NCBI GenBank assembly: GCA_045837725.1 | Contig: JBEWZL010000266.1 | Coordinates: 124,001 to 188,000, forward strand | Length of the DNA: 64,000 bases | Reading direction: 5' to 3' | Source: Vermamoeba vermiformis | Lineage: Eukaryota | Shown: positions 13,124-24,710 of the stretch, piece by piece | How positions within the stretch are numbered: position 1 is the stretch's first letter | How the letters are laid out: each line of letters starts with the position of its first letter | Made by a program: the position numbers and the translations under genes | The notes under the pieces: model-generated | Database searches by the model: none | Told to the model about the DNA's origin: nothing | Seen by the model: only the letters and a program-made list of their open reading frames with translations

Positions 13124-13620
13124 TCCGGTTGGATGCGGTTAATCTTGGGATTGGAAACGGTATGCTCGACAAGTAAAGCTGCTAGTCCTAGGACAATCCA
13201 CCACAAAAGAACAAATATCTTCCTATGTGTTAGTGAAATACGAGACAAGAAAACAAGCAGAAAAAAACGCAGTCAATTTGCTGTTTTTGTTTTGGCCCGA
13301 ACCAAGTTTCCGCATTAAATGTTAGCCCAAATAAAGAAATTTCCCAGGCTTGGATCGGATCGCGTCTGGCGAGCGATTTTAATTCTACAAGTCAGCTGAA
13401 GTAATATTGATAAGTTGCGTACTCAAAATTTATCCTTGGAGTTTATTTAGGTCGCCATTTATTAATAAAATAAAACAGTCCCGATCGGCGATCGAAACGA
13501 ATCTGACGTCGAATCAAAACACTTCCAACAATGGTTGGTGGTTTATTAACTGCCAATAAATTAGAGAGGGTTTAAAACAAAAATTACATCAAATCCGATC
13601 CAGATCGAATCTCGTTTCAA

Positions 13621-15281
13621 TTACATCAAGAAGTCAAAAGTATTTGCCTTGTTATTTTGTTGAGGTTGTTGGTAAGATTGATTGTTCTGAGGCTGATTAG
13701 AGCCGACAGAGACAAACAGATCGGCAAACGGATCATCATTGCGGGAGACGGGCTTGGATGGAGAAGTGACGGGGCCTGAGGGAGTGGCAGAGGATCCCGA
13801 TAAGAAAGGGTTGAAGGCTTGATTGTTAGCGGGCTGTTGAGGTTGAGTTTGGGGTTGAGGAGAGGGTGAGCCGAAGGGATTGAACGGCTGTTGTTGTTGG
13901 GGTTGCGAGGGTTGCATGTAGCCCATGTTCATAGCGGGCTGTTGTGGTTGCGAGGGCGATTGAGGATAAGTCATCTGCAGCGGTTGCATGCCCATAGATT
14001 GCGAGTACATAGGTTGTTGTTGTTGAGTTTGAGGTTGTGAGTAGCCCATGGTCAGATTCATCGCGGGTTGTTGTGGCTGAGCAGGGGTAGCGAAAGGATT
14101 GTTAGCACCGACAGTAGGTTGACCCATCATCAAGGACTGTTGTGATTGTTGAGGTTGAGGGAAGCCCATCAGAGGTTGCGAGGTCTGAGGCTGCAAGAAC
14201 GGATTGGTAGAGGGCGAGGTGGAGATTTGTTGCACAGACTTCTGCGAGCCAAAGTCGATAAAGTCAGGAATGCCTTGTTGCTGGTTGTTAGCAGGGGCAG
14301 CGGGCTTGATGTTGATTTGCAACGAGTTCTTGGCTTGTGGAGGAGGGGCAATACCAAAGCCCAAACCACCGCTCGAACCAGTCTTGGGAGGCGGGGCCAA
14401 TAAAGGTCCAGCAGAAAGTTCTTCGTCGTCTACAACCTTCTTCAAAGGTCTCAAGGGCTCAATTTTAGTCTTTTCAGCTTGCTTTTCAACCTCTTTCTTT
14501 TTGATTTCTTTGGCTTGTTTGTCAAGACCACCAGTGATCGATTGACGCATATCACGAACCCATTGTTCCTTCACATCGGGAGTGGGGGCAAAGAACAAGA
14601 ATGATCGTGCTCTGCAGTTTAATCTGAATTCGCCTATGATTGATAGCATTCATTAGCAACGTGCTTAAATTTCAGCTATGTGCCGCTAAGATCTAACAGA
14701 TCTCGGAGTAACAACATTACAAATTTCAAATAACTTACTATTGTAAGGAGAATCACCACCGTCATCAATATTAACATAAGGACTTCTCAAGCTGATATAA
14801 ATCCGCAACCAATACTTTCTGCTGCCTTCTTTTTTTGTGAGCAACAAAACGTCATTAAATAAGAAAAAGTGTCGCTTCTTTCGTTGTTTTGTCTTTTCGT
14901 CCCAAACATAAAGCTCTCCTTCTCTACAATACCAATAATTATTAGTACGGCAAAATGTAATATTTCAAAACACAGGCGACCGGGTAATAATTATAATAAG
15001 CGTAATATTTGGTTATATACGTATTTGTGTCTATTTTACGTTAAAAGAGGTTTAAACTATCGAGTCATAATTTTTTGAAAATAGGTTATCAAATCTGACG
15101 CTATCTTTACCTGACGAAGAATCTTTCTGGGTTAATCAAATCCTATTTAATTACATGAATCAATTATTTAGGTTTTAATTTTCTGTCAGAAAGATTATGA
15201 TCTTACCTCTGGTTTGGGATGCAACATTTCGTAAATAGTCCACACCCGACTATAGTCGGATCTGTCAATATTGAAAGACAT
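13621..15281 (-). CDS. PH-domain protein with Q/P-rich tail carrying NPF/DPF endocytic motifs
   Basis: Spliced N-terminus DLINPERFFVREGEL...RHFFLFNDVLLLTK...EFRL...FFAPTPDVKEQWVRD resembles the PH domains found after DH domains. The tail has four NPF motifs and one DPF. Confidence 0.8.
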
Positions 15282-15444
15282 GATTCTGTTGATACAAATG
15301 TGGTCTTTAATGTAATAAATAACGGTAATGGGCGGTTCTACCAAAAAAGCAGGAAAAATTTCTCCTTGGTCCGACACGTGCTTCCAAATGTGGTCATACT
15401 ATTACTGCTACAAAAGATATGTTGCGGTAATGTTATTAATAGAT

Positions 15445-16862
15445 TTATTCGAATACAATGGCCGGGCCTTGAGGCTTCTTGTCACCCTTATCGAGCTTTT
15501 CCAACAGTTTCTTCGCCATTTCAATGTACAGTTGTGAGGAGTAGCTCTCAGGATTAGAGACAACTATCGGCTTTCCATGGTCGATGGTATCGCGGATAGC
15601 AGGGTCTAGTGGAATCTGCACAGATGGTTAGGTTCATTTGAAGCCAAAAATGAGCATTACCTCGCCGAGGAAATCAATGCCCATGTCGGCAGCTGTCTGT
15701 TTTGCACCACCTTTGCCGAAGATGTCATGCACTTCACTGCACTTCGGGCAGATGAATCCACTCATGTTCTCTATGACACCGAGTATCTGCAGCCACTGTT
15801 AGAGATCAAAGCCTATTTAAGCTAAACATACCGGCACGTTGACATTTTTGAACATTGTTATGCCACGCCGTGCATCAGCGAGAGCGACGTCTTGAGGTGT
15901 TGACACGATGACAGCCCCTGACAGCGCGACTCGTTGCGTGACAGTCAACTGCGTGTCACCCGTGCCGGGAGGCAGGTCAAGCACGAGAACCTGGTCCCGA
16001 GGTCAGAACGATATGACAATGACTATGGCACTCACGTCTAATTCTCCCCATTGCACTTGGAATAACAGCTGCTGAACAGCACCCATGATCTGTCCAGGAG
16101 GTGAGTACGCATCAATGCGATGATTGTAACTGCCTACCATTGGACCTCGCCACACATAAGCAGTATCTTCCGGCACTAAAAATCCCGATGAAATGCATTT
16201 GATGTTGTAGTTGGTCAGTGGCTTCATAAAGTTGTCGGGAAGGATCTCAGGGCGTTGGTTGCGCAAGTTCATCATTAAGGGAATGGATGGTCCGTATATA
16301 TCAGCGTCTAGCAGTCCTACTCGCTTGCCCAATCGTTCAAAGGCCAGTGCTAAGTTCACCGACACAGTTGACTTGCCTACACCACCCTGTCACGTGTCAA
16401 TTCCGTACTGGAGCCCTAACAAGTCTTACTTTGCCGCTAGCTACTGCGATGATATTTTTAACACCGGGAATATTGGATTTGTTCTGTACTGGCTGTTTCA
16501 TGTGTCCAGTACCTGGTCTAATGTTTGTGTTAATAGTGGGCGCTGGATCCGCACCACCTGTTATATTTGATTGAGGAGGAGGTGCTAGAGGACTCTGATG
16601 AAGATTTGGTTGGGGCTTCGGAGCGGGGCTGGGTGTTGGCTCGTTTTTATTAAAGATCTTGCCGAAAATACTCCTTTCTATTTTATATTAATTTTTAAAA
16701 TAATATTAGTCGAATATAATATACTCGGGAGTGCAAATAAATGACGTGCAATTTTTTCTGATTTTTCTCTGTGTCGAATGAATTTGACTTACGGAATATT
16801 GTTGGCTGACTTCCTGGTCTTAAGACCTGTTTTGTGACTAGTACTCTAATATTACGTAACAT
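15445..16862 (-). CDS. NUBPL: Mitochondrial Fe-S assembly P-loop NTPase Ind1/NUBPL (Mrp/NBP35 family)
   Basis: Motifs [52 protein letters not shown] and [11 protein letters not shown]. Arg-rich presequence-like N-terminus. Confidence 0.92.
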
Positions 16863-16952
16863 GTTGTGTTGCGATAAGTGCAGGATGTCAAAACTCGGTT
16901 ATACGGCTCGATCTGTTTTCTCGACCACGTGCTTAATCAAAAATTGCCGCAA

Positions 16953-18886
16953 TTATTTAGTTTTATTATTGGACTCTTTCTTTTTGCCTTCTGACTCGCT
17001 TGCTTCAGGTCTCGTAGTGATGTGATTGGTTTGCTTGGGCAGTATCTTTGTCTTGCCACCCATGTACGGGACGAGCGGTGCAGGGATGTTAATGCTGCCA
17101 TCGGGCTGTTGATTCGACTCTAAGATGGTCAATATAACTCGCGGTACAGCTAATGCAGTGCCGTTCAAGGTGTGCACATATTCACTTTGTGCGCCGACAG
17201 CGCGTCTGTTGTAAAGAAAGATTAGAACGAGTACGTAGATTGACATGCACGTGCCTGAATCGAATGTTCAATCTGCGGCTCTGATAATCAGTGCAGTTCG
17301 AGGCACTAGTCACTTCACCATAGCCATTCTTAGAGGGCATCCAAGCCTCAATGTCGTATTTGCGATAGGCGGAGGCACCGAGATCACCACTCGGCATGTC
17401 TAGCACACTGCGTTGGAGATGAGATATTGCAGTGTTAGTGACTCACTCATTCACTTACCGGCAATGGAGTCCTAGTTCGTCCAAGATCTCAATTTGAATG
17501 TTCAACAGTTCGTCGTGCAGGGCTTGACTGTCTTCAGGACGACCAAACACGAACATTTCAACTTTGGAGAACTGATGCACACGATACAGGCCCCGACTGT
17601 GTTGACCAGCGCCAGTCTCGGCTCGGAAACAGTGACTGAACGCAACGAATTTGAGTGGCAAGTGCTCGTTGGGAATGATTTGATCGAAGTACATGCCTGC
17701 GAGAGGTATTTCAGAGGTGCCAATCAGACACTGGTCGTGGTCAGCGAGGAAATAGGTCTGCAGTGGAGGTGTTAGGACATCGGTAGGAACACGCGCGTGA
17801 CACGTACCTGACTCGCTTGAGAACGCGGTGCAAAGCCACAACCTTCAGCGATTGAGTCGCGGACCTGTCGTCAGTGAGTTCACAGTATATATATGTGCTG
17901 AGTCCTATTGGCTTACAATGTCAGGCGTGATGACTGGAATGAATCCTTTGTTCGTCACTTTGTTCATGGCCCAGTTCGCCAGAGCTAGTTCAAGTTGTGC
18001 CTGAATCCACTTTAATACAAACATCTGACGTATGAATATACGACTACTTACAGCCTCGTTGAACGAATAGTAGAACTTGGCACCGGAGACAATGCTGCCT
18101 GTCTCAAAGTCCAGCAAAGACAAGTGTTTGGCCAGTTCTAAATGATCTTTCGGCTCAAAAGCGAAGGCAGGCTTCGTGCCAAAGGTCTATTGATAGCTCG
18201 TTAATACTATGGCAAGTACATATACTTTCAATGCACCTTGATGACTTTTGCAGCGTCTTCACCTCCAATTGGAATGTCAGGGTGATATAAATTAGGTACT
18301 TTCAGTCCCTCTTCGAGCAATTGGGCGTGTAATGTGTCTAGTTCTTTATCGAGGTCTGATACGGTTGTCTTAATAGTCTTGCCCTCTTCTACGTATTTCT
18401 GTCGTGTGGCTGGATCCAGATCTTTCCGTTTCATTTCCTCTGCAATTTTATTGCGACGACTACGCAATTGTTCGACCTCTTTTAATTTATCCATTTGCTT
18501 TTCATACAAGGCAGCTACCTTGTGAATATCTGCTTCGGCATTTCTGTCTTTGATAACTTTCGCGATCTGATCCACGTTGTCTCGGAAAAATCGAAAATCC
18601 AAGTGTGCTTTTAGCTCTATAATTTTCGCAAACATAATTTATTAATAACATGCATGGATATTTTGACAAGCAAACGAGGGATCTAATAATATTCAATAAA
18701 ATAATTCGTGAATTTGCACCAGAATAAAAATACGCATAGCGCAACGTTCTAATATATCAATAACTTACCTAGTGATTTTTTAACGTGATTTTTTCTTGTA
18801 GATAACAGCGGTGTGACATTCGCGCGGTAAATGGTCGTCGTGGCTGCCTTGGTGCGCAAAGTACGCGATACAATTTGTCGCAGCAT
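16953..18886 (-). CDS. SARS2: Seryl-tRNA synthetase, probably mitochondrial
   Basis: Motifs [15 protein letters not shown]...[24 protein letters not shown]...[21 protein letters not shown] and [13 protein letters not shown]-terminus [13 protein letters not shown] is presequence-like. Confidence 0.92.
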
Positions 18887-19056
18887 GGTTGTGTTGAGTA
18901 ATTATAATACTACAACACTCCGTACGATGTTAGTTTTCTGACTTGTCGTGTCAGTTCATGAATGTTAAAAAAATGAGCTCAACTGACAGAAGTCTTTTTG
19001 TGAGTAATCGAATAGGCACCATAGAGCACCAACAACGACTAAATTAAACCACAACA

Positions 19057-19498
19057 TGAACAGCTCTTGATCTAGCTTTTAGTGGCCTCAAATCCAAAAA
19101 GCAGTGTGCGCGGAGTCCAGGTACACTCTGTGCCCCAGACCCCGGCACGCCGCCAGAAGTTTGTAATTGGTAATAACAACATCGATGAAGCTCGACAACA
19201 TTAGCATCTCGTTAGAGATGTCGGCGTCGTGAGTCAAATTGAATGCTTTTTTGTGGAGCAGTTTTGTCACAAGCCTTGTGGCACTAAAACTTGTTGTGGG
19301 ACTAAAGAGTGGTGATGGTGCAGATCTCAGAGCAACACGAAGCGATATCCAGAGATCCAATCGGTACCCGGATAACTTGGAATCCGATATAGGACTTTCG
19401 TAGTATGTCGATTTGGTTCAACTTTTGTGGATGGATTTGTTGGAAATACATCGAAATTCATTTGGGCATCTAGTAGCTCGGGGCGGTTATTCTGTTCG
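19057..19498. ncRNA. Candidate structured non-coding RNA or element A (family unknown)
   Basis: No credible ORF. The 5' end (ugaacag..ugauc..agcu..gccucaaau) can pair with the 3' end (auuugggc..agcu..gguua..cuguucg). Internal hairpins lie at 19101-19133, 19205-19221, 19260-19291 and 19360-19388. It shares colinear blocks with element B. Folding was done by eye only. Confidence 0.45.
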
Positions 19499-19559
19499 GG
19501 TTCAAATTCGATGATCTGTCTAAAAATTCAAGCTCTTTGTTTAAAGCAACACATCACAA

Positions 19560-20517
19560 ATGGAAAAAATCTTTAGCGACATTAGCAAGCAGCTAAATGA
19601 AGAGTCCACTCTCCGAGAGGAAATTAAAACTGTTTTGCACGAAATGACCGCGACGTTGCGATCTGCCTCTGCACAAATGCAACAAATTCACGGCTCCATT
19701 AAAAACGGTAACAATAGTTATCTATTGCGGTGGACGTGATTGCCGCATAGAGCATGAAATTGAATTAACAATATTTTTTTTAATAATTTTTGGCTGATAC
19801 AGCGAGGTTGAATAGCAATAATTAACCCTAAATTGGCACATTGTGATTTTTATAATATTAATTTAATTATGTACAGCTCAGTCAGTTTGCGATCAGACGA
19901 AAAAAGCCTTAGCACCTCTGAAAGACCAATTCGCGAAATTACAACAACACATCAATGCCGATAATTACTACAAATTTATTCAATTATGGAAGAACGATTT
20001 ACAGCAAATAGTCTTTATGTTAGCATTCTTAACTTGGCTCGAATCCAAAAGACTGATTGATCTGCAAGAAATTGAACAGTTCCTGGGCTGTAAGTGCAAT
20101 CTCAAATGCTGATGCGTATTCATATTAATACCCATTGTTAGTGCCGGGCAAGTCTCAGGGTGTCAATGCATTTGCCCTAGAGCTCGAAGACTATCTCGTG
20201 GGCTTGACTTACCTGCCGAACGAACTCGTGCGTAGTCATTGCATTATCTATTAACAACACTAACAATCGATTCATAGTCTCGTCTCGCGATTAACAGTGT
20301 CATCGCAGAGGAGTTTGCCTTGCCAGGACAAATTTCGCAGTTTATTTCAGATTTGTACGCAGGTTACAGACTGCTCAATCTCAAGAACGATTTTCTGCGC
20401 AAACGAATGGACTCGATCAAGTACGACGTCAAAAAGGTCGAAGAGGTCGTGTATGATGTTGCTTTGCGCGGTCTCAGCAAGAACAACGCGCAACAACCCA
20501 CCAGCAACACACAATAA
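19560..20517 (+). CDS. TSN: Translin (C3PO subunit)
   Basis: Spliced product MEKIFSDISKQLNEESTLREEIK...LELEDYLVGLTYLPNEL|SRLAINSVIAEEF..PGQISQFISDLYAGYRLLNLKNDFLRKRMDSIKYDVKKVEEVVYDVALRGL. Confidence 0.95.
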
Positions 20518-20625
20518 GAGAAGTGGATTATATAAAGCTATTCGAGGTTGTACTACAACACCAGCAGTAATTCAATCGTGATTTTATTTGACTGCACTAC
20601 CGTCCATCAACTATTACGTGTGATG

Positions 20626-22580
20626 TTAGTCATCGTTGTGTTCACTCGAGCCTTCAAATTCTGACTCTTCAGCCTCTTCTTCGTCCTCGCTCTCTTCAAT
20701 AGCACTGTTCGCACTGTCATCGTCTTTTGCTTTTTTCTCTTTTTTGTTCTTCTTTTTCTTCTCTTCGCTCTTCTCGCCTTCCTCACTGCTCTCTTCGTCG
20801 CTGTCAATTACTCCCTTTTTAATTGCTTCTTTCATGATCTAGCAGAATATTAGACACGCCGCAAGATACAGCACAATACTTACAGTGTCGAAATCATTGG
20901 TGTTGTAGCTCTTCGGTTTGACAGTTTGTGTAGCTTGGCGAGTGACACGTGTCTTGGCCTCAGAATTGATAATCAGCGAGGTGTCAAGTTCTTCCATCTC
21001 TTTCTCTCGCGCTCTCTTCTCTCTGCAGAGTGGTGAGTATGGAAGCTCTTTTGAGTCAGTGCACTTACTTGTATTGTTCGATTTGCTTTGCGGACATGCT
21101 CGGGGTCAATTCGTTCTCCTCCATGATTTCTTTCAGCTTCTTAATGGATTGTTTTCTGTTCAATCCTTCGAGTGTTTTTTGTGTAACTAAAGCTCATGTT
21201 AATAGGAGGTACCGATAATAAGAGACTAGCCCTAACCTCTAACACCGCATCTGTTTAACAAGTGCTTGTATTTGTTGACTTTGTCTTGCAACTTCTTCTC
21301 TTTCTCAGTGAGCTCTTCTTTGGGCTAATACACGCGTCAGTTCACGATTAGCTCACTAAGGGGTTTTGACATACCTCGCTCTTCTTTTGCTTCTTGGCCT
21401 TGGGCTTGTCTTCTTCATCATCGCTGTCTTCTCTCTTTCTCTTCTTGCTCTTCTTAGCGGTGCTGGCTTCACTCTCTTCGTCATCAGCTTTCTTAGATTT
21501 CTTCGCACTTTTCTTCGGCTTGTCTTCAGTCTTTTTCTTGACATCCTTCTTGGTCTCGCTCTTCTTGCCGTTCTTCTTTTTCTCGCTCTCGCTTTCATCT
21601 TTTTCCGACTCTTCTTGTTCACTCTTGTCGCTTTCTTCCTTTGCCGACTCTTCCTCGCTCTCTACTTTCTTGTTCGATTTTCCTTTTTTTGCAGTCTTCT
21701 TCTCCGACTCACTCTCGCTTGCCTCTTTCATCGACTCGTCTTTGTCGCTTTCGGCGCTCTCTTCGCTGGCCTCTTTTTTCTTCGTCTCTTTTTTGGGCTT
21801 GACATCAGTCTTCTTGGCCTTGTTGTCACTCTTCTTCTTGTCCTCTTTTTGCACGGCCTTCTTGCCCTTGGTTTCGCTCTTTTTGGCCTCTTTTTTGTTA
21901 TCCTCGCTCTTATCCTCGCTCTTGTCCTCGCTCTCTTCTTTTTCTGACGCTGACTTTTCGCTCTCTTCGACACTTTCGTCCTTTGCAGGCTTGGTTTGCT
22001 TCTTAGCTTTTTTCTTTGTCTCAGTTGCTTTTTTATCGTTCTTTTTATTCGCTTTCTCGCCTTTCTTGCTCTTCGCGTCTTTTTCGCTCTCCGATCCCTC
22101 GTCAGACTTCTCGGCTGACTTGTCTTCAGATTGGTCGTTCTCCTCTTGAGCTTCGCTCTAACCAGGATTAACAAAGCAGGTCAGAGGTTGTTGCACTTAC
22201 GAGAACCGTAGCGATGAGAGCTTTCACTGCATCTGCTTCCTCTTCGAGAGCTCCTTCTTGAAGAGCTAATTTTGTTTCCTAAAAGCTTGTTACTCATATT
22301 GCAGACTTGCTTATACTTCAATACACTTACCAAAGACTTACGAACAGCTCCAACACTCAACGAGCTGGATTTGGAAAATAAAAAATTTCAGTATTTCACT
22401 ATATTGAGGTAATTAAATAATCTGGCCAAATATTGATAATAAGTATAATTTTAAAATATTAATTTACACATGTGTCGTTGATCTCAACGCTCGGTCTAAC
22501 ACTTACGAAAGGTCTGCTCCTTTAATTATTTCTCTTAGAGCCTTTTTAATTTTAGTCTCCGAAACTCCAGCAATTTCCAT
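20626..22580 (-). CDS. HIRIP3-like histone chaperone: N-terminal DEK-C-like helical domain, K/E/S-rich middle, C-terminal CHZ-like motif
   Basis: N-terminus KIKKALREIIKGADLS...LGAVRKSL, a long charged linker, and a C-terminal LQREREKEMEELDTSLIINSEAKTRVTR resembling the CHZ motif. Several introns. Confidence 0.65.
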
Positions 22581-22739
22581 GGTGAGTGGTAAGTTCTGAA
22601 GAATTATAATTCAAATAACGGTGTGCTGGGAATGAAAATAATGGCGGGAACAAGAGAAATGCACCTGACCATGCGATACCCATTCATCGATCGAAACAGT
22701 TTTAATTCGGTCTCGCGTTGACGTCCGCGGAGATTGTTC

Positions 22740-23035
22740 TATGTTGCCACGGAGTATTGTCGGAAGACAACCGGCAAGATTGGATCTACTGGACTTTTCA
22801 GCGGGACCTTGTTGATACGTTTGTTTACCGTGAAATTAAGTAACGACGTCAACCTCGAAGGATTCCGAAAGCAAAGCATTCAATTTCGCAACCTTGAAGG
22901 AGAATTACTAGGTTTGGCTCGGAGCCACGCAAAAAAAGTGGCAGAAGAAAAATTGACGAAATTCTCGAGCAGTAAAATCGGCTAGTTCTCAATGAGATTG
23001 TTGCCTTTTGTTTTCCAGCAGGGCCCGGAATCACA
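22740..23035. ncRNA. Candidate structured non-coding RNA or element B (related to element A in inverted orientation)
   Basis: Hairpins ttgtc-GGAA-gacaa (22757-22770), gttgat...gtcaac (22811-22853), gagaatt...aattctc (22900-22966) and a long-range gattccg/cggaatc pair (22861/23026). Shares blocks with the reverse complement of element A. Confidence 0.35.
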
Positions 23036-23562
23036 CGTTTTGGAGCACAAACCTGAAAGTTACGTGAAATTTACACTTTCTGTGCGGAATCTCCATGTGT
23101 TCTCTTAATCGTCGACTTTCTTTTTTTCAACCGTTTATTCACCGTATTCTGTAGTCGCAGCATCACGTGAACACTGCTATACAACACAATTTTCGGTTCT
23201 ATTTCTTTCATTATTTTTTGGAAGAGAGACGGATGCAACAAGCTTAACAGTTCAGCATTGTAGAATTAGTTTACAATACTATTGGCATTCGACAGTCGAT
23301 ATATAATTTAATAGAGGAATAAGGTATGTAGTGCTATTCATTGTATTGGAATGAAGCGGCGAGCAATCACTTTCGTCTGACAACCAACAACTCTTTTTAT
23401 TGCTATTTCGAAAATTATTACTATCGGACAATTTAATCGCTCGATTCATTGTTATTTATTCTATTGTAACACTATGCGTGTTAAATAATCAAGTCTGAAT
23501 TCTTAATTGTCGAGCAAAATGCTGATAGTTTCATACCAGGTGTCAGATACCGAACTACTGTA

Positions 23563-24710
23563 ATGGAGAAAGAAGCCCCTGATAGCCCCAAGAATGGGAC
23601 TACGGAGCCCAAGGCTATATTAGTGATGAAATCACCTCCCGCTGAAATATTGGATTACCTTTACTTGGGTAATCAACAACAAGGAGCCAATAAGAAAATG
23701 CTCAAGGATATTGGTATTACTAGAATACTTAGCGTGAAGGTAAGATAATCTCTTCATAAGCATGCCTATAATGTTGCTTTACTACAAAATTTCTGTGGAC
23801 ACCACATCTTAAATCCACACCAACGGACTTGCCCCGAGATTTATGTAAACTAACCGAATACTTACAGGAGTCCTTTGGTCTACCTCCCCATAATCCTGAC
23901 TTCGAGGTCCTTCATATGCCTATGTCAGACTATGGCAATCAAGATCTGCGCGAGTTGATGGATCAATGCATTGATTTCATTGAGCAGACCAAGCAAAAGC
24001 ACGAAAAGATTCTCGTTCACTGCAGATTAGGAGTCAACAGATCGACTACTATCGTACTGGCCTATTTGATGCTCCGAGAGCGCTGGACACTGAAGCAGGC
24101 CTGGACACACGTCAAAGCGCAGCGCAGTCAAGCCTTGCCTCAACAGGGCTATTGGTTGCAGCTCATTGCCCTCGAGAACGATTTGTTTGGCCGCGAGACC
24201 ATGTCACTCGCTGATGTACAGCCCTTGTTAGATGAGTTCGCACGTCAAGCACAGCGAGCTCGTGGAGGTCTCTTGCGCTTGCCTGGTGGTGCTGAATCAG
24301 GTCAACCTGCCTCAGAACGTCCTCCCAGCCCTCGCGAGACCCATCCAGTGCAACGCAACTTCACCGCGCCCACTCTCCCCTCGTACTCCAGCCATACCAT
24401 GCAGCTATCTACTAGCAGTGACAGCATCATGTCCAACGCCTCCGGCTCTTCAAAGTCAAAAAAGGACAAGAAAGAGAAGAAGGAGAAGAGTAAGGATAAG
24501 GATCTAAAGAAATCAAAGGAAGACAAAAAGAAAGAAAAGCTTAACAAATCCAAAGAGAAGAAAGAAAAGGAGAAGGAGAAGAAAAAAAAAAAGAGCGAGT
24601 CAAAGAAGAGAAAGGAAAGTGAGCCAAGTAATAGTGACGACAAAGAAGGTATATTGAAGAAGCCTCAACTGAAGCGAATCCGCACTTCGTCTTCACTTGG
24701 TGGTGAATAG
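23563..24710 (+). CDS. Dual-specificity protein phosphatase with Lys-rich C-terminus
   Basis: PAEILDYLYLGN...GITRILSV and catalytic VHCRLGVNRSTTIVLAYLM (HCX5R). One coding intron at about 23740-23867. Confidence 0.93.

Noticed and set aside
19180-19190. CATCGATGAAG, matching a 5.8S rRNA motif
   Set aside because: Only 11 nt match, and the flanks have no rRNA similarity.
19112-19400. RNase P/MRP-like GAAAGTCC on the minus strand, and group I intron-like GTCAAATTG and GACTAAA words on the plus strand
   Set aside because: A matching CR-V/P1 geometry and the Q/S elements with a proper P7 could not be built, so no family is assigned.
19474-19512. A-box-like TAGCTC..GCGGTTA and B-box-like GGTTCAAATTC, suggesting a tRNA or vault RNA
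   Set aside because: The boxes are only about 25 nt apart, no cloverleaf or proper T-stem forms, and there is no oligo-T terminator nearby.
21366-22149. Long Phe/Leu/Ser-rich plus-strand ORFs resembling membrane proteins (also 6626-7438 and 24302-24643 on the minus strand)
   Set aside because: They are antisense shadows of Lys/Glu-rich coding sequence.
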